Part shown: positions 22,920 to 35,100 of the stretch, one piece after another
How positions within the stretch are numbered: the stretch's first letter is position 1
Layout: each line of letters starts with the position of its first letter
Source: Macrostomum hystrix
Lineage: Eukaryota; Animalia; Platyhelminthes
Assembly (NCBI GenBank): GCA_950097015.1
Contig: CATNEN010000010.1
Span: 1,240,001-1,304,000, forward strand
DNA length: 64,000 nucleotides
Direction of reading: 5' to 3'
Notes under the pieces: generated by a model
What the model saw: the letters and a program-made list of their open reading frames with translations, nothing else
Told to the model about the DNA's origin: nothing
Databases searched by the model: none
Made by a program: the position numbers and the translations under genes

Positions 22920-23346
22920 GGGGCATTGTGGAAGTGGGGTTGAATAACCTGTATTGGGTGATGGGTGCTGCGGCATGGCTGTTGAATTATCTGCATTGGG
23001 TGGATGAGGCAGCAGCATGGCTGTTGAATGACCTGTATTGGGTCATGGGTGCTGCGGCATGGCTGTTGAATGACCTGTATTGGGTCATGGGTGCTGCGGC
23101 ATGGCTGTTGAATGACCTGTATTGGGTGGATGGTGCAGCAGCATGGCTGTTGAATGACCTGTATTGGGTGATGGGTGCTGCGGCATGCTGTTGAATGACC
23201 TGTATTGGGTGATGGGTGCTGCGGCATGCTGTTGAATGACCTGTATTAGGTGATGGGTGCTGCGGCATGGCTGTTGAATGACCTGTATTGGGTGATGGGT
23301 GCTGCGGCATGGCTGTTGAATGACCTGTATTGGGTGGATGGTGCAA
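22920..23346. repeat. 41/42-bp minisatellite, ~10 copies
   Basis: Unit GGGTGCTGCGGCATGGCTGTTGAATGACCTGTATTGGGTGAT. Confidence 0.95.
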
Positions 23347-24204
23347 TGACTGCCAAATCCAGCATGTACTAAATCATCCTCCTCCTGAAGCCGCAAGCCG
23401 CGCCGCCTCTGTTCCAAATATTTAAGCAGCTTTTATTGGTGCGCCAATAATCCAACTATCTTATGTTACCTGTTAAAACATGAAACGCACCGCAACTGAT
23501 ATCTTGTTCAATAGTGGCCAGCACAATAGCAATATGTACAATGCCAGTCCCTCACAGTGCCATGTAAAGTATACAAAGTTGACTATGCCTTAATGGATAG
23601 AATATCACGTACCATTTAAACTGTTTTGTATAGCGCGTTCGCACTATCCCCACCGGTACCTGCGTGCTCACTATGCTCTTGATCTAAACTGAAATTCGCG
23701 AAGTCATTTTTGGTTAAACTTGCTAATGTTCGCAATACCAATCAAATATATTTTTTTCAACGGTTTGGAACTCAAAGGGCTTTTAATTTATTGAGATTTC
23801 AAGCTAGGAATGGAGGCAACAGTGTTGAAACACCACTGACCTGGGTCTCAGCACCACCCAACGCCTATCAGATCGCAACTGTACGCCAATCTCAAGAGTG
23901 TCATCGCGGATGCAGGACACCCACCCCACCTACCCTGACAGACCTGCCTGTAAACTGATTTCATGAGACGGGCAAACACTCGACTCAGCCAGCTGTGCTC
24001 AACTGCTTCAGCGCATAAAAGTTAAGCAAACTTGTGAAATAAAAGTACAGCTTATCAGCCAAAGCAGACGTGACCGATACGCAAGTACATCTTTGGTTGG
24101 CCAGCCAGAACAGGCTCGCCTATCCCGTGTAGTATCACCCTCATGTTAGCATTAGCAATATTGATTGGAAAATGTGTCACATCTAACCTGCCTAAATCAG
24201 CTTG

Positions 24205-24390
24205 GTCTAATGTGCAGCCAGTGGTCCATGGACTGGAAGGGCTGCCACACCCACGCGAGTTTCTATCTCAGCTGAAGCAACGGGACACTACGAGCATACG
24301 TGGCGTGCTCAAGACACAGTGCTTGCACTGACCTGAAATTCAAACCTTAGACCTCTCGATTATGAGTAAAAAAACTAACCGCTACGAGTT
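24205..24390 (-). mobile_element. Degenerate SINE family A-like copy
   Basis: GTCCATGGACTGG..GCCACACC tail and decayed A/B boxes on the minus strand. Confidence 0.4.
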
Positions 24391-24631
24391 GTGCAGATTT
24401 TGTAGAAAAATTTATAACGCTTGTTTAAACTTGCTAAAACTTCAAACAAAAACGGTTCACAAAACTAATTTGAATTATCGTAGCTCCGTATAAGTTTTAC
24501 TTTTATAAAGACTTTGTTAATTTTTATAAAAAAAACTATAAAAGGGCACGACTGATATTCGAGCAAACTGGAAAAGCAAAAACTGGATAGTACAAAAGAA
24601 ACACAATCAGTATTTAACTAACAGCCTCATT

Positions 24632-24858
24632 CCGCCAGCCACCTCACTCCGCCAGCCACCTCACTGCGCCAGCCACCTCACTGCGCTAGCCACCTCACTG
24701 CGCCAGCCACCTCACCACCTCACTCCGCCGGCTACCTCACTCCGCCAGCCACCTCACTCCGCCGGCTACCTCACTCCGCCAGCCACCTCACTGCGCCAGC
24801 CACCTCACTGCGCCAGCCACCTCACTCCGCCGGCTACCTCACTCCGCTAGCCACCTTA
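24632..24858. repeat. 17-bp minisatellite, ~13 copies (CCGCCAGCCACCTCACT)
   Basis: Direct period 17. Confidence 0.95.
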
Positions 24859-25532
24859 TTATGCTAGCAACGTAAATAAAAAACTTCGATAAGCTATTAT
24901 AAACCATTAGAAAAGAAATTGAAAATTGGGGTTGAAAATTGAAAATTTCTTTCCTACCTGATAGTAGTGAGTTGCGGCAACTCGACTAAAATGCAGCAAG
25001 CATTACATGCGCACAATTCCATCTGCCTGCCAACTCACTTCACTCGCTAGCCCTAGCGACCAAAAGAAGTGCCGAATAGACCACAAATGACAAGCAATGA
25101 CCTGTATTAAGTCAGAAAACCAAAAAACCAAAAAAAGAGAAGTACAAAAATACAAAAAACCGATAGTTACAAAGTTTGAACCACAAGACATAGGATTGAT
25201 CTGTTGCAGCAACTGTTTGATTCGAACGCAGAATAAAAATGTAAGGTAGTCCTCACAGCACTACCCAAAAGACAATGGTAGTGCTGCAAATCTAAGCTAG
25301 AGGATTTTGGAACTTCACGAAGCACTTTTAGGCATGAATTATGCACAGAAAAATGCGAAGATAATACAAACATTTGCGAGTTCAGCAGATGAGTCTTCCT
25401 AAATATTATTATTAATACAATACGGCTCGTAAAACTAAATACGAGCGTAGATAAGTTAATATAAGCTTAAAAGAACCATATTTCGCGCCGAATAATCCAA
25501 TTTTCTCCACTAACAAACTCGCAGATATCATC

Positions 25533-25828
25533 ACCCACTCCGCTAACACCACCCCACTCCGCTAACACCACCCCACTTCGCTAACACCACCCCACTCCGC
25601 TAACACCACCCCACTCCGCTAACACCACCCCACTCCGCTAACACCACCCCACTACGCTAATACCACCCCACTCCGCTAACACCACCCCACTCCGCTAACA
25701 CCACCCCACTACGCTAATACCACCCCACTCCGCTAACACCACCCCACTCCGCTAACACCACCCCACTCCGCTAACACCACCCCACTCATCTAAGACCACC
25801 CACTCCTCTAATACCACCCCATTCTACT
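25533..25828. repeat. 19-bp minisatellite, ~15 copies (CACTCCGCTAACACCACCC)
   Basis: Direct period 19. Confidence 0.95.
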
Positions 25829-25875
25829 AAAACTAAATGACTTTGCAAACAACTTAATCAACCATTGTGTTTAGT

Positions 25876-27655
25876 TTATACGCCAGCACGCTTGGCCTTG
25901 ATGATGCTAATAGTCTTTGGTGTCTCCCTGATGGTCAGGCTGGCATCAAGAGCCTTGGCGGTGGACACCAGCTGTCTACACTCGACCTCAGTCAGGGTCG
26001 ACTTGCCCAAGACAATATTGGGCTTGCTGGCATCGGCCAAGAAGTCGGTCAGCCGTTGGCGCAGTTCAGCATTCGGCTGCAGCTGCTCAGCCTGCTGCTG
26101 CTGTTGCTGCACGAGGGTGACGCCGGCGGCGCCAGACAAGCCAGTGGCCATTCTACGGTAGAGTTGGCGCTGCTCATCGTTATACTTTCTCTGCTCGTCA
26201 TCGTTGCGCCGAATGGCCTCCTCGATCCGGGCGCGCGAATCCGTGGACAGACCGCTGCCGTGGATGCGGCGGCAGGCCTCCAGCGATTTGGCAGCTTCGG
26301 CGTACTGGCCCATGGAGCATAGTGCTTCGCCGCGCCACAGCAGCGCCTTGGAATTGCGCTCGTCTCGCTTCAGGGCCTCGTTGCACTCCCGAACCACGGA
26401 GGGAAACTTGCCCAGCCGGTACAGCGTGATGGCCTTGTTCACGCAGATCACAGCGAGCTCGCGGTTCATGCGGGTCTCCTCCTGTTTTCATAGAGGGAAA
26501 GGCGGTTAACACTAAAGCGATGGGGTTCAATCAATCAAACTGTGACCAGCTCCCATGCAATCAATTCGGCAACTCGCCTCGTCGTTAGAAATGTTCATAG
26601 AGGCCAGCACGGACTCTGCGCAGCGGTACTTCTGGAATGCCAGGAAGTACATCCGCCTATTGAACAATTCCTTTGCGGAGTGGCGGAGGCTCTGCACAAC
26701 GCCCAGCTGCACCCGGAAGGGCACCTGGCGCCGTTCTTCTTCGTCGCGCGAGTAGAAGGCGTCCACCGAGTGGCTGTCGCAGAAGCTGACCAGCTCGATT
26801 TCGGCCAGCACCGGCTCGCCGCCTGGAATCCGGGGCGGAGCGCCGCGCTCGCCAAGGAAGGCCTCCGGGCGGATGATAAACTGGGACCGCTCCCCCTTGC
26901 ACATGCTCGCGAGGGCCCAGTCGATGCCAATGATCAGGCTGCCGCTGTTAAGCCGCTTGGTGTACGGCTTGGCGTCAAAGTGCTGCCTGGTTGAGTCGAA
27001 CGGCTCCACCAGAGACTCGGCAAACAAGGTGTAGTGGAAAGAGACCAGGGCGTCTGGAGGCGGCGGGCTGCCGGAGCCGAACTTCTTCACCCGCTTAAAC
27101 AGCACGCCGTGCCGGTCGGAGCTCGGGTCGGGGAACACGTCAGTCATTGTACGCCGCTTCCGTTCGAACAGGGAGACTTTGCCATCCTCTTCCTCACCAT
27201 CATCCAGCTCATCATCGCTGATGCCAACCTGCATGGTCAATACAAAATGGACAGAGATTGCTTTGTTATTGCGGATCGCTACTGACAGTAGTCCGTTAGG
27301 GTGCCAGAATACTGGCTATTTGCAATACATTTTTATTAAAAAAGGCATTCAATCAGCCGACCTGCTCCATGCGCCGCAGGAACTCCGGGTCGCGGAACAG
27401 GCCCTGCAGCAGCTCAGCCTCCTGGTCCTCCTCATTGTTGGCCGCAACGGAGAATTCCACACCGGCGCTGGACTGGATCTGGGAGCGCCTGATCGGCTGG
27501 CTCAGGCGCGAGCCGGACGCATCGACGAGACCGCCGTCTGACGGCATCTGGCGGATGATGCATTTGATACGGTTCTTCTCGTCCTCGGTGAGGTTCAGTT
27601 CCTGCTGCTGCTTATCGCCGCAACCTTCGACACGGCTAGCTTCCATTGAAGGCAT
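25876..27655 (-). CDS. FKBP6: FKBP6/shutdown-type PPIase + TPR co-chaperone, 516 aa; exons 27655-27362, 27228-26578, 26481-25876
   Basis: FKBP domain (GVLFKRVKKFG, HYT..EPFDST, PPRIP..VLAEIEL) plus three TPRs (NSKALLWRGEA) and a GVEF + acidic N-terminus as in shutdown; intron 1 GT-AG, intron 2 GC-AG, both phase 0. Confidence 0.88.
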
Positions 27656-27704
27656 CTTTAAATTGACTGCCAAGGCGGTAGGTTTGCAGGTTGCTCTGCA
27701 GGCG

Positions 27705-28344
27705 GACTGACTGACTGACTGCCTGACTGCCTGACTGACTGACTGACTGACTGCCTGACTGCCTGACTGACTGACTGCCTGACTGACAGCCTGACTGACT
27801 GACTGCCTGACTGACTGACAGCCTGACTGACTGACTGCCTGACTGACAGCCTGACTGACTGACTGCCTGACTGACTGACAGCCTGACTGACTGACTGCCT
27901 GACTGACTGACTGACTGACTGCCTGACTGACTGACAGCCTGACTGACTGACTGACAGCCTGACTGACTGAATGACTGACTGACTGACTGACTGACTGACA
28001 GCCTGACTGACTGACAGCCTGACTGCCTGATTGACTGACAGCCTGACTGACTGACTGCCTGACTGACTGACTGCCTGACTGACTGACTGACTGACTGCCT
28101 GACTGACTGACTGACTGACTGCCTGACTGACTGACTGCCTGACCTGACTGACTGACAGCCTGACTGACTGACAGTCTGACTGACTGACTGACTGACTGAC
28201 TGACTGCCTGACTGACTGACTGACTGCCTGACTGACTGACTGCCTGACTGACTGACAGCCTGACTGACTGACTGCCTGACTGACTGCCTGACTGACTGAC
28301 TGACTGCCTGACTGACTGACTGACTGACTGCCTGACTGACTGAC
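27705..28344. repeat. Compound tetranucleotide microsatellite (GACT/GCCT/GACA)n, ~640 bp
   Basis: Direct reading; ends 50 bp upstream of the FKBP6 ATG. Confidence 0.97.
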
Positions 28345-28860
28345 AAAAAATACATGCAAGACACAAAGCAGCTAAGGACGAGCTGCAAATGGCATTTAAA
28401 AAATATATTTGTGCTTAATAAATTCCATAAATAACAGTAAATAGAAGTTTCACATGCATATTTGTTTCGTCAGACAAAATGATTTAGAAGTTTGCTAAGC
28501 TAATTTTTGCATTTTGTGGTACCACTTTAGAGTGAGATTTGAAGTCATTCTTTAAATGACAAACGAATTACGAAATGACAAAAAATGAAATTTGCTTTGG
28601 AGGCAAAAAATATTGCACAATTCAACCAGAATCACAGAACACCAAATCGACAGCTGGCGACTGCTTTCGCCAAAGCAACAGCAGCCAGCAATGGGATTGT
28701 GGAGTTATTCTCTATTGCACACAACAAGCAATTAGCTGATAAAACTGATATGACACACTCTAATAAACAGGAAATTAACACGGGATAAAATCTGTCCTCA
28801 AGTCTGATTAGCTGAAGCAGAACCAGAAAACCTATCGCTAAAGAAAATACGCTGCTCCCT

Positions 28861-29014
28861 TAGCATGAACAATGCATTTCGGATAGCATGAACAATGCAT
28901 TTCGGATAGCATGAACAATGCATTTCGGATAGCATGAACAATGCATTTCGGATAGCATGAACAATGCATTTCGGATAGCATGAACGATGCATTTCGGATA
29001 GCATGAACGATGAA
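28861..29014. repeat. 23-bp minisatellite, ~6.5 copies (TAGCATGAACAATGCATTTCGGA)
   Basis: Direct period 23; in the probable SNAP-25 3' UTR. Confidence 0.95.
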
Positions 29015-29148
29015 CAAAAAATGATCAGTGAATGCGCGAACACGGCCAGCCAAAACGGGGCAAAGTTGACGGCGGCGAAAACACACTGATGAAAACACTA
29101 TCGAATGTGGCAACCCCCCACGCTGAGCATCTGGTCTGTCAGTAGGGG

Positions 29149-32100
29149 CTACTTCAGCATCTTATTTGCCCGGTCATTGGCCTCCTGAATGCGCTTGTCG
29201 TTTGATTCCACCTGCGGGGATATTCGCGGCGCATTCGCTGCTTAAATTTTGCGCTAAAAAGCTTTGAGAAAAGTAAATAAGTACATAAAAATCAAGGCAG
29301 GTGCGGGTGTCCGCTCTGAATCTCAGTGGGTAGGTGTGGGTGTCCATTCAATCTGCACTGAATCTCAGTGACTGAATCTCTCTGCACTGACTGTCCTGAA
29401 TCTCATTGGGAGATGTGTGGTGTCTGATCAAACTGCACTGAATCTCATTGGGACATGTGTGGTGTCTGATCAAACTGCACTGAATCTCATTGGGACATGT
29501 GTGGTGTCTGATCAAACTGCACTGAATCTCATTGGGACATGTGTGGTGTCTGATCAAACTGCACTGAATCTCATTGGGACATGTGTGGTGTCTGATCAAA
29601 CTGCACTGAATCTCATTGGGACATGTGTGGTGTCTGATCAAACTGCACTGAATCTCAGTGGACATGTGTGATGCGTGATCAAACTGCACTGAATCTCATT
29701 GGGACATGTGTGGTGTCTGATCAAACTGCACTGAATCTCAGTGGACATGTGTGATGCGTGATCAAACTGCACTGAATCTCATTGGGACATGTGTGATGTC
29801 TGATCAAACTGCACTGAATCTCATTGGGACATGTGTGGTGTCTGATCAAACTGCACTGAATCTCATTGGGACATGTGTGGTGTCTGATCAAACTGCACTG
29901 AATCTCATTGGGACATGTGTGGTGTCTGATCAAACTGCACTGAATCTCATTGGGACATGTGTGGTGTCTGATCAAACTGCACTGAATCTCAGTGGACAGG
30001 TGTGGGTGTCCACTCTGCTAGGTGGTGTGCATGCACTAAATCAGACGAGCCAGAATCTTAAGTAGCATTTTTCTCTTACTAGTTACTAATTGACTGGCGT
30101 ACAATAAAATGCTACACTTTCAAATCCGACGCGGCAGTGCCCGGAGGTGCTAGCCGAGTTGACCTAGGAGCAGTTCGACCCAGTTAGCAACTCAGCTTTG
30201 CCCTTCCCCCGCATTCCCTGCGGCTTTTCCATTCCATTTATTTTTCATGCGAGTCCATAAATAGAGTCGATCGCTCGGCGCTGCTAATCTGTATAACGCA
30301 GACTGGCTTCCTGCCACGGCAGCTGCAGCTCCGAGCAAATAGGAACTGGGAGAGAGAAAGCCTATTAAACTGCGAATAACTGGGCTGAGCAAATACAACA
30401 AGGCTACATTTAAATACAATAAGACGTGCAAACATCAGATGAAAGAGCGATTGGCAAAGGAAAGCTTTGAGAGAAGGGCGGGAGACAGCCCACAAGAATC
30501 CAGCGGGCAGCACTGGGAGGTGGGCCAAGGGGTGTTGTAGGTTTAGTTTCCGAGCAGAATCTGCAGCCATGCTCACAGCAGGCTATCATGAGCAGACTTA
30601 CTCACGGCCTGTCAACCTCTTGTCGTAGGCCTTCAATCCGCGTGTCCTACTCAGCACTCGGTTCTCAGCCTTATCTGACTGCACTAGAGTAAACACCAAG
30701 ACTGACCTTCAGTTGCTGATATCAAGGCAGATTGCATCTACAGCTAGTGTGGATGGTGACAAATGGGATACAGAAATACTTTTGAACTCCCCCTCGATAT
30801 GGGGTTAAACACGGATTGAAAGACTGAACTCGCTAGACCGATGTAAATAAATGCAAAATGATAAGCTGCGTGGGTGTGGTGGCTGATCAAACTGCCTGAA
30901 TCTCAGTGGACATGTGTGATGCCTAATCAATCTGTCCTGAATCTCAGTGGACATGTGTGATGTCTGATCAAACTGCACTGAATCTCAGTGGACATGTGTG
31001 ATGTCTGATCAAACTGCACTGAATCTCAGTGCAGTTTTGTTTGATTGATTTCTAGCGAAGACAAATGGCTGACCCGAGATATAAAAGTGCGCAATTTTTT
31101 AGCACAATAAAACAACAAATCACAAGCAGCGCATTGGCAGTCCTGCAAGATCATGACAAGCCAAGGTTGAAATGGCTGCAGGTCATCAGGGAGGATTAGC
31201 CAGGAGTTATCCCTTGCAGACCGGCAGGTAATCCGAGAAAAAATGCCCAGTTGGAAGTCAAAGAGATAAATAAGCTCAGGCATTGGACCACTCCCCCCGG
31301 CTGTGATTGATTCTGGGGAGACTGCCGAGCCCAGGCAACATGCAGGGCGTTGAGCGCTGGAATTTTATCCCCAATCCTGATCTCTGCCGCAGCTGGGCAG
31401 GCCAGCCCGATTGGCTGGGCATCCCAACGGCAGCCTTGAGTACACAGCACATCGCGACACAAAATTTGCAGACAATCGCGCTGCTTCTTAATAGCTCTCC
31501 TCGCCTCACTCACTTCCTGTCATGCATCAGGAGTCATGCATCAGCTTTTTCTCCTCACCTTGTTCTACCCATTATGGTAGGAAGGGGCTGTAGCCTAGTG
31601 GTCAGTGGTCAGACTTGAAGGTTGGGCGTTCGATTCCCGACTCCACTGGAACAATTTGTGCCCTTTAGCAAGACACCTAACTCTGCATTGCTTCAATTCA
31701 TTCAGCTGTTAAATGGGTGCTAGCATTAGCTGGGATAATTGAGGGTTGGTGTGGCACCCCCTCCCTCAGTCCATGGACTGAACAGCCGTACGTCCATGGA
31801 ATAATGACTAATCGACTAATGTAAAAGAAGGGAGCTCGCCTTGACTTTGATGCGGTCCAGCTGGCGATTCTGCGAGTCGATCTCGCTGCCCATGTCGATG
31901 GCCATGTTGCGCAGATTGCTGACCATGTTGCCCACCTCCTGAATGTTGTTGTCCATTTCGTCCTCCCGGGCGTCTTTTGTGATGCTGAAATTGCACCAAT
32001 AACAAGAGTGAAACAAGAGTGACACTGCTGAGAGTGAAACAAGAGTGACATTGTTGAGAGTGAAACAAGAGTGTCATTGTTGAGAGTGAAACAAGAGTGA

Positions 32101-35100
32101 CGCTGCTGAGAGTGAAGGAGTGACAGCAGGAGCGCAGAGGACTAACCGAGTTATGTAGCCGCCGTGCACAGCCATGCCATTCTGGTCGACCAGAACCCGG
32201 GGCCCGTTGGTATTCACGGCGCCATCGTCGTCCTTCTTGAACTTCTTGTCAAAGTCGCCTTTGCCAGCTCTGCAGCGGTGAGACGTGCGGCTTTTTATTA
32301 TTTGCGAAATCCTTATCAGTAAATACAATTATCGGCTATGCTGTGGTCATAAGTAACATAAATTCTAGGTTAAACCAAGTTATTTCGCACAAGATAAAGA
32401 TGACAAAAATGGTACGACTTATTCTGTAGTTATTATCGCGAAGGGAGCAAAATGGATAGAATGTGAAGAGTTTTAGGGGTAGAAAGAGGAGACTAGGAGG
32501 GTAGTAGGAGGGGTAGAAAGAGGAGACTAGGAGGGTAGTAGGAGGGGTAGAGAGAGGAGACTAGGAGGGTAGTAGGAGGGGTAGAAAGAGGAGACTAGGA
32601 GGGTAGTAGGAGGGGTAGAAAGAGGAGACTAGGAGGGTAGTAGGAGGGGTAGAAAGAGGAGACTAGGAGGGTAGTAGGAGGGGTAGAAAGAGGAGACTAG
32701 GAGGGTAGTAGGAGGGGTAGAAAGAGGAGAGTATTATAGGTATAAAAGTATAGAAGGGGGTAGAAAAGAGTAAAAGGGGTAGACAGTGAAGAGTAGGTGG
32801 GTAAATAGGCAAGTTTAAGATAAGAGGAAAAAAAAAGTTAAAATCCTACTGCATTATAAAAAGCATCAAAGTTAAATTAATATTTCCTGAATTACAATAT
32901 TTCTCAATACAGTCATTTATCACGCAAAAATCTATCTTATCTTTACTTCATGATTTATAATCACTGTGAAGCCTAAACTAATAATAAATTTGACCTAGAT
33001 TTGCTTCCTTGTGCTTTTGTGCCGAGCAGGAGAGCCCCTGGACTAGGGAAAAATTTCGGACGGGGAAGCTAAGCCTAAACTGTCTGGTTATGAAGATAAT
33101 TAATGCCGCAAAAGTTTGGGATATAAAAACCAGCCGCGACTCCATCCATTCCCTGAAATCCCCAATTCCATATTAAAGCAGATCTGCGGAGCCTGTTTTG
33201 AATGCTGAAGCAAAGCTAGAAAAGCTACCAATTGCTTTTGCTATCAACTAAATGCAATGTTTAACTTGATCTTTGGCTAGCTGTGAGCTAGTTTTATCGT
33301 GTACATACTATATATTGGAAGTCAAATGGAGACTAGAATTAGGTTTAATTTAACTAGGCCAGAACACACGAGCCACGCCTTTCGCCTGTCAGTAGCTTGC
33401 AGTGCAAAGGAAGGCAAAAGAAGCTGTGAAACCGGGCCTTCTTGATACCGGGTGGGTAGGGGGTAGGGCACAAAGGCCCCCACCCGGCGGCCCGCCTTTG
33501 AACGGGGAAATAAAATGAGAAGGAAGCGAATCAAGCCAGGACAGGAAGAGGCAGAGCTTGGAGTGGAGGCGGGAATCAAAATTGCAGATGAAAAGGGAAC
33601 GGGTAAAAAAGGCGAAACGGGTTCCGATGAAAAGTGCAGCAGAAACGGAGTAGGATATTAGAATGCTGAAGAGCAGAGAACGCCAAGATGAAAAGGGCAT
33701 TTCGTTTTCGATCATTCATTCATTACGAGCTAGCAGCATAGTCGGGCAGTCAGCTTGGTGCCAAACAAGTTCCAGGCCATCTCCGCTAAACAAACACGGA
33801 CAGAAATGCTGCTTTAAGGGCCTCTCATAGACGCAGCAAACACACTCAGCTTGTTAGTATCAAGCGCTAGGCAACAGGCGACACTGAATCTACTCACGCA
33901 CTCAGCTGAGCAATACGACTTACGTTTTTTTCACATGAGACCTAACGAAATGAAATCTAGGCCAATAGGAATTCGTTCAGTCAAGGACAATGAGGATGAT
34001 GGAGCAATTATTGAACTATTTTGCTGTAGAAATTCATCGCTCACAAGCGTTCAGCTAGGTGTCAAGTGTTGGCTGGCTGCTGCAGCGCTTACGAGTGGAA
34101 AATGACGAAGTTGGAGGAGGAAACCAATTGGGAAAAAGCAAGCTAGGCTTTGGGCTGAGCTGGCAGTCTGGGACAGAAAGAGGCCGCGTGGACTTTTTCA
34201 CCCTACGGGAGAATGCCTTCACCACAACCGCATGGATTCATTTCAGTCTGATGGAAGCGTTCAAATTAGCAGGAGTGCCTGGATAGCCAGCAACTCAGAC
34301 CTGTGTGCGCACACGTGTACAGAAAAAAGACAGCGGCATCTTGAAAGAATTCTTTCGTTAAAGGAGGACGTAAGTGTTGAATAGCAAACTATGCAGGCAC
34401 AGTCTAGATGAGCATTGAACAAAAATAGTCCGCAGTCCAACCGCGGGCCATAAGAAATGAAAGGCTGGCTCGCTAGCAGGGCCTGGCCGCATTAAAAGCA
34501 GCCAGGCGATGTGCGGCAGTTGTGGCAAGGCTGCCGGATTCAAAAATGGAAAGTGAGGAAAATTAGAGGCAGAGCAGAGTGAGGTGGTTAGCTGTGGGAA
34601 ATTGCGGATGATGGAGGACACCAGCGGTGCTCAATAATTCAGTGAGGAGGATCTAAGTAGGTGCGCGGAGAAGAACGAGTTCGTGGAGTAGCACGGTGTG
34701 TGGCTAAAAGTTTTAGCACGCCACTGAACTCAAGAAAAAAACTAGTCGACATGTTTTATCACCGACGAGTGAGGAAGGCTGAACAGATAATAAAGCAGCC
34801 CTGCAGCCTAATGTATGCGAGGCGACTTTTTTACGTTCTGAGACAGAACAGGAAAAAGATCCCATCTGGTTGTTAGGCGCCGATGTTTTTTCTAGGTGCC
34901 GACTATGTTTCAGACTTTCTCAGACTTGAAACTGAAAATACAGCTTTTGCACTTTGCCACTTGTGCAATATTGAGCTTGTCTTCCCATTAGACAAGTTTA
35001 AATGTGTACACAGCCATACCAGGGCAATAAAAGATAGCCAGCATAGAGATTCACAGCGTGGGATTTCGGGAGCTGCTTGCCGTGAGCAATAAAAGATTTG

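Noticed and set aside
27636-28388. Long ORFs rich in SQSV/QSVS (233-337 aa)
   Set aside because: Translations of the (GACT)n microsatellite; only the part from ATG 27655 is FKBP6 exon 1
29348-30065. Cys/His-rich repeat ORFs (also 22913-23417, 28798-29113, 55373-55730)
   Set aside because: Minisatellite translations in several frames and both strands, no coding signature
33700-34700. Possible decayed CR1/L2 LINE in SNAP-25 intron
   Set aside because: Only faint motif hints (LLFNTY); no YADD or other convincing RT motif
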